Below, in pieces: positions 56,758 through 64,000 of a stretch of DNA of 64,000 nucleotides (position 1 is its first letter; each line of letters starts with the position of its first letter). Made by a program: the position numbers and the translations under genes. Below the pieces are notes generated by a model. The model made no database searches, was not told the origin of the DNA, and worked only from the letters and a program-made list of their open reading frames with translations. Location: assembly GCA_050293845.1 (NCBI GenBank), contig JBNKNM010000005.1:1-64000 (forward strand), in the 5' to 3' direction. Origin of the DNA: Pseudobacteriovorax sp. GTDB taxonomy: Bacteria > Bdellovibrionota_B > Oligoflexia > Oligoflexales > Oligoflexaceae.

Positions 56758-58410
56758 TCACCAAAATGTTCCTAGAAATATACTACCTGAAGTACTAAGT
56801 ATTATCGCATTACCTTCATCTGTAAAGTTTTGATGAGCACCTATCGTCAGTTCAGTACCAAATTTAATCAGATGGTATGGCATAATCATATCAATGCCAA
56901 TAGTGGAGCTTAACCCAGGTACAAGTCTTTTTCCAGATTGCTCATAAAAAGATTCATTACTTACAAATCGGTCAATATATAAAAGAGAAATACCAGCAGC
57001 AAAGCGCCCTTGTGTTCTTATAAAGCGATCTTTGGTGGTTAGCTTCTGAATGCTGGTACTAGATCCCAATTGTACGTCCAAAATACCCATGGACCGTTCT
57101 TGCCCAACTTTGGTATCATTCACTTCAATGGTCTCGTTATTCTTAAATGCATAACTTGCGCGGATGAAAAGATCATAAATATCATACGCTTCTTCTAACC
57201 GATAATTAAGATCTAGCATATTAGTATCACTAGAGGCATAACCTGCGCGAATCTTATCGGAAAGAAAATAAAATGACCGGGCTCCCACTAAAAAAGAGTG
57301 GGGAAGACGAGGGACTAGGTAGTTAGCCACAGAATATTCGCGACCAGCCTCAAACTTGACAACACGGTCGGCAACGATTTTTTTTGTCTCTGGCTCCATG
57401 AGGGTCAAACGAACCTTTCCATCGGGCACAACAAGACCTTTTTCCAACGATCCCATATTCTTACCATCAACGCTCACCAATAAATTCGCATATTGACTCA
57501 ACAACGAATATAAAGATGCACGTCCCGTTTTCCTTACTTTTCCTTTAATGATTATGGGATCAGCACCAAGTAATTCCATGATAGCAGAGGGACGCTGTCG
57601 GCCTTTGGTATAGCTATATGTCATTGAAGATGCATGAGTATGAGCTTCGGTAATTGATACAGCACCATCACCATTCTTGTCCTGATTGAAGCCATCAAGC
57701 AAAAAGTGAGTATAAACATCATTTTTTAACTGGTTATCTTCCAGAGCTGGCTCACGCCAACCACTAGCGGTCAAAATAATAGAGCCTTCCGAACGCTGCT
57801 GAATGGGCTGATCAAAGTACGGAGACTTAAAATTGGCTAAAGCGCGTTTCATTTGAGGTGTTAGGACACTCTTTCCAACCCCGGAGTGGCAAAAGGCGAG
57901 AATCAGTACCTTTTTTCTTGAGCGCAGCTTATTAAATCGCTCTAGAAACTGATCGTAATCGATAGCTGTTTCTCGGAGATTTTTAGGGTCAGTATCGCTA
58001 GTGATAATATATCGGCCTATTTTACCATCTTCTTTGTATGCGACTGTACCATGGGTAGAGATGTAAACGACAATAGTGTCATCCTTTAGCCGATTGCTTT
58101 CAGCAATTTTGGTCAGAGCATTTTCAATATCTCGCTTTTCAACAAGCGGCTTTTTCAGAGCTTCACTATTAATTAACAAGCCCCCATCAAAGCCGACCTG
58201 AGAGCTTGTGAATTTCGAGAATACATCACCAGCGTCCTTACCTGAAAAACTTAGATCACGCCAGAGCTCGTCATTAAAATTATTGACACCAATAGCGAGG
58301 ACTAATTTTTTGGGACGTAAACTTTCTTCGATTAATTTCTTATCTGCTCCATGCAAGCTTTTACTACCAAGCAAAAAAAGGTAAATCAGTGTAAGCTTCC
58401 ATCTATTCAT
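56758..58410 (-). CDS. Exported caspase-like (peptidase C14) protease with C-terminal beta-rich/beta-barrel region
   Basis: Signal peptide, LAIGVN.F...L.F...DA, catalytic YISTHG and LAFCHSG, ILTAS...E.ALE, and T..LL.G...D.NGDG.VS..E...Q.P. The amphipathic C-terminal strands end in Trp. Confidence 0.85.
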   Translation of the reverse strand: MNRWKLTLIYLFLLGSKSLHGADKKLIEESLRPKKLVLAIGVNNFNDELWRDLSFSGKDAGDVFSKFTSSQVGFDGGLLINSEALKKPLVEKRDIENALTKIAESNRLKDDTIVVYISTHGTVAYKEDGKIGRYIITSDTDPKNLRETAIDYDQFLERFNKLRSRKKVLILAFCHSGVGKSVLTPQMKRALANFKSPYFDQPIQQRSEGSIILTASGWREPALEDNQLKNDVYTHFLLDGFNQDKNGDGAVSITEAHTHASSMTYSYTKGRQRPSAIMELLGADPIIIKGKVRKTGRASLYSLLSQYANLLVSVDGKNMGSLEKGLVVPDGKVRLTLMEPETKKIVADRVVKFEAGREYSVANYLVPRLPHSFLVGARSFYFLSDKIRAGYASSDTNMLDLNYRLEEAYDIYDLFIRASYAFKNNETIEVNDTKVGQERSMGILDVQLGSSTSIQKLTTKDRFIRTQGRFAAGISLLYIDRFVSNESFYEQSGKRLVPGLSSTIGIDMIMPYHLIKFGTELTIGAHQNFTDEGNAIILSTSGSIFLGTFW

Positions 58411-58476
58411 TGCTATATCTCCTGCATCATATTCAAGGGTGTCTATCTAGCAGGGTTTGTAATATAGATCAAGTAC

Positions 58477-61104
58477 TTACTTTTGACACTTGGAATATTT
58501 TTTTTGAATTGCTATTTGGGGAGTTCCCACGGGGACATCAAAACTACTGTAAGTCTGCATAAATTTTCGTATTTCAGTATACTGGGGTGAAACAACCCAA
58601 TGCTCCAGATCCCAAAGTATCGGCAGAGGAACATTCATACTAGCCAAACTTGCTAATGCACCTGTATTGTCTTGGTAAATGCAGGTTGCAAATCTTGCAA
58701 GTATTTTGCCGATAAGTGTAAAACCATCTTCATGTCCATACTTACCTGATAAAGACACCAGACTAAACCATGCCTTGCGCTGCAAGGGACTAAGCGAGCG
58801 CATCCACTTTCCGACTCGCCCTTTAAGCTTCTGATCATTATTCTTGTGAATTTTAGGGATCAAACCCTCTAGTTCATCATGAAGCCATGCCAACTGCCAG
58901 CGCCAGGATATGATTCCTAACTTTTCAGCTAGCTTCATAAAAACGTTTGTCCAGGGAGTTTCTGGTAGAAACTCAGCAAAAGGGGGGCTTGCGAAAGTCA
59001 AAAATTCGGGATGGCTCGAGTATAATTTGCGCGTTCCCCCTAACCACTCATGACGCTGTAATGTTTCTATAACCCTGTGGGCAAACTGACTTTCTTTTCC
59101 GGGTTTCACCAATTTTACCTTGCTATTAATCATGCTTAACAGCTCGGGAATCCGCTCACCTATCATCAGTATAGCCTGTGCTAGGTTTTTATCATCTTGG
59201 CTCATGTCCCGATAGAGTAAAGGTATCAACTTCGCTGGTAATGCTCTAAGCAAACGGTCTTGTCGCCTTTCCCCCGATAAAAGCCAAACCTGTTGGATTT
59301 CCCGACTGAGCACTTGGCGATGAAATAAGATGCTAGCAACCCGCCAAGACAAGTCATAGATTTTTAAGTCGCGGCTGAGGGTCCACAACCGTTCCAAATC
59401 CATATTGGTGAAATGAGACATATGACTTTTTTTCAAAACTAGATGCATCTCGGTTAAAGGGTCAACGCGCTTTTGCGCTATGGATTGCAACCGGTCAATC
59501 GTTTGCAGTCGGGGATTGATGGCATGAGATATATAAGCTTCTATGTCCTGACTACTGATATCAAGGTGATGTCCCACAACTTTGATACGACGTAAAACTT
59601 CCTGTCGCTGCTCCTCATTAAATTTAGAGGTTCGGCTGATCCACAATACTAATTCCCCATGGATCTTTTCCCAAGCCACGGCATCTGGTACCGAGGAACT
59701 GCCATAGGATTGTTCCACCTGTTCTTTAGCCTCCCAAAGTAGGCCCTCGTCAGAGCACCCTTGTCCTACAAACCTATGAACAAGGGCAACGCCACACCAA
59801 TAGCGTTTTTTGTAGGGGTCTCCTGTCTCTAACGATAATAGAGGCTCCCAAAGAGCCCTTTCAAAGACAGGAGCACGAAACTCTAATTGCCTTGCTGAGA
59901 AGACCTTAAAAAGATTTGGTAAGAGATGATCTAGATCTGCATATTGCGCTAACAATCGACTCAATTGATTCCAGGACTCGGCACTTTCAGGAAACCATTT
60001 AAGCGGTTTTAACAGCAAGTTGTTGAGAGCTGTGCGTTCCCGATGACGCATTCCCTGCTGCATAGCTACCTTTTCCAAGAAGGCAGACATGAGTTTCAAT
60101 CGGGTTCGCCAATTACTTTCCTTTACCAATTGGCGTCCAAACAAGCAGTAACCTTGACCGTCCAGTTGCACCTTGAATGTCAGTAAAATGTTCAGAGCTT
60201 CAGAAAATTCCTGATCTGGTTTTTTGATTTTTTCTAAGTAATAGATTGCATCCTGGTCTTTCCCCAAACGTTTTGCAAGCTTGCCAACTTCTAAAAAAAA
60301 TAGACTGGGTCGTAATTTCAGCTGACTGCCGTATTCCTTCACCGCACTAAAAATATCATCTTGAAACTTACGAAAAAAATCCCAGGCTTTTATCTGATCA
60401 GCACAGCCATATAATGACCAAAATACAAATAGCTTTTCCACACGCAGTAACTGACCAAGATAAGTCTTCTGATGTAAATAATGATTGAGTACTCCCTCTT
60501 TCCCTGACCTCCACATTTTCAAAACAATATAAGGCCTAAGGTCGGCACCAACAGTAAAATAACCCGCACGATTTTTTGTTTTAAGCTGATTTAAAAGCTG
60601 AAATACTTCTGTTGTTGTTCCGTGTAGATAGGCTAACTCGATCATTTTTCCAGCTATTTCAGCTGACGGCCATTTATCAAAAATCTCCCAGGCATAGGGC
60701 TTCATATCTTGCCAGCTGCTTTCCATGGCGATGAGTCGCCGCAGAATGATTTCCGCCTCCACATCTTGAGATGTCATGACCCGGCCTGATACCATTTTCG
60801 ATTTCTTAGTACCGAGCTCTGCAGCAGACCTGGATTTTGCCTTGGAAGCTCCTTCCCTGATAACTTGGGGCGATGTTGACTGTTCTTTGCATAAGTCTGG
60901 GGGTGAGACTTTTTGCACTGGAGGTGCAGTATTGGCAATGTTTTTGGGAAATAAGCCCTCGGACGAGGGCATTTTTGTGGTTAATGTTTCACTGGTACTT
61001 TTATGCACCGAACTAACACCAAGCTGTTTTGCTAGACGCTCCAATCGAACACGGCGCAAAGATTGCTCTAATGAATCTGTGGGTTTCTGCTGGTCCATGA
61101 TCAC
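58477..61104 (-). CDS. Large hypothetical alpha-helical protein (TPR-like segments)
   Basis: 875-aa ORF with AGGAG RBS, a low-complexity N-terminus and a Trp/Leu-rich helical body. No recognisable catalytic motif. Confidence 0.7.
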   Translation of the reverse strand: MIMDQQKPTDSLEQSLRRVRLERLAKQLGVSSVHKSTSETLTTKMPSSEGLFPKNIANTAPPVQKVSPPDLCKEQSTSPQVIREGASKAKSRSAAELGTKKSKMVSGRVMTSQDVEAEIILRRLIAMESSWQDMKPYAWEIFDKWPSAEIAGKMIELAYLHGTTTEVFQLLNQLKTKNRAGYFTVGADLRPYIVLKMWRSGKEGVLNHYLHQKTYLGQLLRVEKLFVFWSLYGCADQIKAWDFFRKFQDDIFSAVKEYGSQLKLRPSLFFLEVGKLAKRLGKDQDAIYYLEKIKKPDQEFSEALNILLTFKVQLDGQGYCLFGRQLVKESNWRTRLKLMSAFLEKVAMQQGMRHRERTALNNLLLKPLKWFPESAESWNQLSRLLAQYADLDHLLPNLFKVFSARQLEFRAPVFERALWEPLLSLETGDPYKKRYWCGVALVHRFVGQGCSDEGLLWEAKEQVEQSYGSSSVPDAVAWEKIHGELVLWISRTSKFNEEQRQEVLRRIKVVGHHLDISSQDIEAYISHAINPRLQTIDRLQSIAQKRVDPLTEMHLVLKKSHMSHFTNMDLERLWTLSRDLKIYDLSWRVASILFHRQVLSREIQQVWLLSGERRQDRLLRALPAKLIPLLYRDMSQDDKNLAQAILMIGERIPELLSMINSKVKLVKPGKESQFAHRVIETLQRHEWLGGTRKLYSSHPEFLTFASPPFAEFLPETPWTNVFMKLAEKLGIISWRWQLAWLHDELEGLIPKIHKNNDQKLKGRVGKWMRSLSPLQRKAWFSLVSLSGKYGHEDGFTLIGKILARFATCIYQDNTGALASLASMNVPLPILWDLEHWVVSPQYTEIRKFMQTYSSFDVPVGTPQIAIQKKYSKCQK

Positions 61105-61304
61105 TCTCCTAGCAAGTTATACTATTTTAGCATGGTGAAATGGACCGAACCAGTCTGCAAGAAACCTGTCTTTTGCAACGTAGCAATTTATCAAGAATTG
61201 TTTAAGTATAATAATAATATTGACGCATATTATCGTTGTGTTGTAAAACCCACGCTTGCACGGTACTTGCATCAATGTGTATCCACCATGCTCGCGAGGT
61301 ATTC

Positions 61305-62711
61305 ATGACCAGTATTATGGTCTTAGAATTTGAGGGTAGTTTTGACCACCATCGATCCACGGTGCAGAATATCATATCGCATATCACTACTGTTAAAAGT
61401 TCTTTGGAGCTAGTTGACCGCTGCCAAGAAGACAATTACCTAGCGGCTATTATCGATTTTGATCACCCTTTATGCCAAATCGAAATCATTCGACAAATAA
61501 AAACTCTTTCTCCTCTAACGCGAATATTAGCTATGGGCACCTTACCTAAGGTGAGCGATGTCATTGCGGCGATAAAAATGGGAGCTTGCGATTTTCTCGT
61601 TAAACCATGCTCTCCTGCAGAATTAACAAACTTTATCGAATCATTGAGCTTACCTGATAGCAACAGTCTGCCGCTTCCTGTTCGCCTGCAAGATGGTAAA
61701 AAGATCATTGGCAATTCAGAAAAAATAATGCAGGTTTTTAAGCTCATCGACAGGTTATCAAATGTTGACACATCAGTATTAATCAGAGGGGAAAGCGGGA
61801 CGGGAAAAGAACTTGTCGCTCAAGCGCTGCACTATAGCTCGGAAAGAAGAGAGGGACCATTTGTAGCGGTAAATTGCGGTGCTATTCCTGAAAACCTCGT
61901 TGAAAGTGAGCTATTTGGATTTGAGCGAGGGACTTTCACCGGGGCTGACAAAAAAAAGCTCGGTAAGTTTCAATTCGCTTCTAAAGGAACTATATTTCTC
62001 GATGAAATCGGGGACATTTCCCCGCAAATGCAGGTTAAATTGCTGCGTGCTCTTCAAGAGAAGAAAGTGACCCCTGTTGGTAGCAATACTGAAGTCGCTA
62101 TCGATGTTCGTGTTGTCTCAGCAACAAATAAAAATCTAGAAAAAATGGTTAAAAATGGCAGTTTTCGTTCAGATTTGTATTATCGCCTCAACGTGATGCC
62201 TATCCACCTTCCCCCCCTGAGGGAGCGGGTCGAGGACATCGAAGAGCTATGCCTATTTATGATTGACAAGTTCAACAAACTCCACAATCGCAACATACTT
62301 AATATTAGCCCTGAAGCCCTCCTGCAACTTCAGCAATATTCTTGGCCGGGTAATGTACGCGAGTTGGAAAACGTTATTGAACACGCGTTTATTATTGAGA
62401 ATTCCGATATTATTCATCCCATGGCTCTCCCTAGTTATATGCAAAGCAACGACCTCGCTATGAACGGCCATGGTTTGGACCCCCTGGATAACAATAAAGA
62501 GTCACTATTAACGTCAGTAAGAAGTTTATCCGAGAAAGAACTTAAATATCCTTTACTCAAAGAGGAATTTGAAAAAGAATTCATCAGGATGGCCTTAAAA
62601 ACATACCGCGGCCGGATTAATATGACGGCTGAGCAGACACAAATGACTAAAGTGACTCTACTGAGGAAACTAGAAAAATATAATATTAACCCTCGCGACT
62701 TTCAGCACTAG
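61305..62711 (+). CDS. Sigma-54-dependent transcriptional activator (NtrC family: receiver-AAA+-Fis HTH)
   Basis: GESGTGKELVA, ESELFG, GTFTGA, FLDEIG, FRSDLYYRLNV, WPGNVRELEN and a C-terminal HTH. Start ATG 61305 after GAGG. Confidence 0.92.
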   Translation: MTSIMVLEFEGSFDHHRSTVQNIISHITTVKSSLELVDRCQEDNYLAAIIDFDHPLCQIEIIRQIKTLSPLTRILAMGTLPKVSDVIAAIKMGACDFLVKPCSPAELTNFIESLSLPDSNSLPLPVRLQDGKKIIGNSEKIMQVFKLIDRLSNVDTSVLIRGESGTGKELVAQALHYSSERREGPFVAVNCGAIPENLVESELFGFERGTFTGADKKKLGKFQFASKGTIFLDEIGDISPQMQVKLLRALQEKKVTPVGSNTEVAIDVRVVSATNKNLEKMVKNGSFRSDLYYRLNVMPIHLPPLRERVEDIEELCLFMIDKFNKLHNRNILNISPEALLQLQQYSWPGNVRELENVIEHAFIIENSDIIHPMALPSYMQSNDLAMNGHGLDPLDNNKESLLTSVRSLSEKELKYPLLKEEFEKEFIRMALKTYRGRINMTAEQTQMTKVTLLRKLEKYNINPRDFQH

Positions 62712-62785
62712 ATAGCCAATATCTCTAAAGTCAAACACAGATCCTTTTGTTAAGATATTAATTGAATTTTGGCATGGAGTAGGAT

Positions 62786-64000
<1,215 letters not shown>

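Noticed and set aside
54573..58410. CRISPR type III-E (Craspase) locus
   Set aside because: There are no cas genes or repeat-spacer array, and the protease is an exported C14 type rather than a cytoplasmic TPR-CHAT. It is used only as an analogy.
62769..62785. Sigma-54 promoter before ruvC (TTGGCATG...)
   Set aside because: The -12 TTGC element is missing at the required spacing.

Overview
A gene-dense 64 kb stretch of bacterial chromosome. The gene content points to a Bdellovibrionota/Oligoflexia-like deltaproteobacterium; this is inferred from the 7TM-DISM/Hpt/CheA-like kinases, the stand-alone fliC and fliG, and the many exported hypothetical proteins. Most of the window is housekeeping: pheT (partial), a parvulin PPIase, crcB, SCO/PCuAC, a trans-sulfuration enzyme, grxD, heptose/LPS genes (GT9, gmhA, lpxK), HU, HIT, flagellin, arginase, tgt, livKHMGF, fliG, cinA, phoBR-pstSCAB, ridA, ffh, miaB, an NtrC-type activator, ruvC and hemB (partial). 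I saw no rRNA, tRNA, CRISPR array or intact mobile element. Four loci stand out. (1) At 54.6-58.4 kb, an exported caspase-like (C14) protease with a probable C-terminal beta-barrel sits with an ECF sigma factor and two paralogous single-pass anti-sigma-like proteins that share a periplasmic 'KG' motif, suggesting a protease-triggered trans-envelope signalling system. (2) At 45.8-47.6 kb, an orphan T4-gp19/eCIS tail-tube-like protein carries a signal peptide, has a shortened stacking loop and overlaps a Cys-rich lipoprotein gene. (3) At 6.9-12.4 kb, a predicted sigma-54-driven efflux operon has a hairpin-less adaptor and an RND pump fused in frame to a TolC-like domain through an A8 run and an internal signal peptide. 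(4) At 2.5-4.1 kb, a lipoprotein resembles the oomycete GP42 transglutaminase elicitor and has a Pep-13-like motif. All family calls come from reading motifs by eye; no database searches were run.
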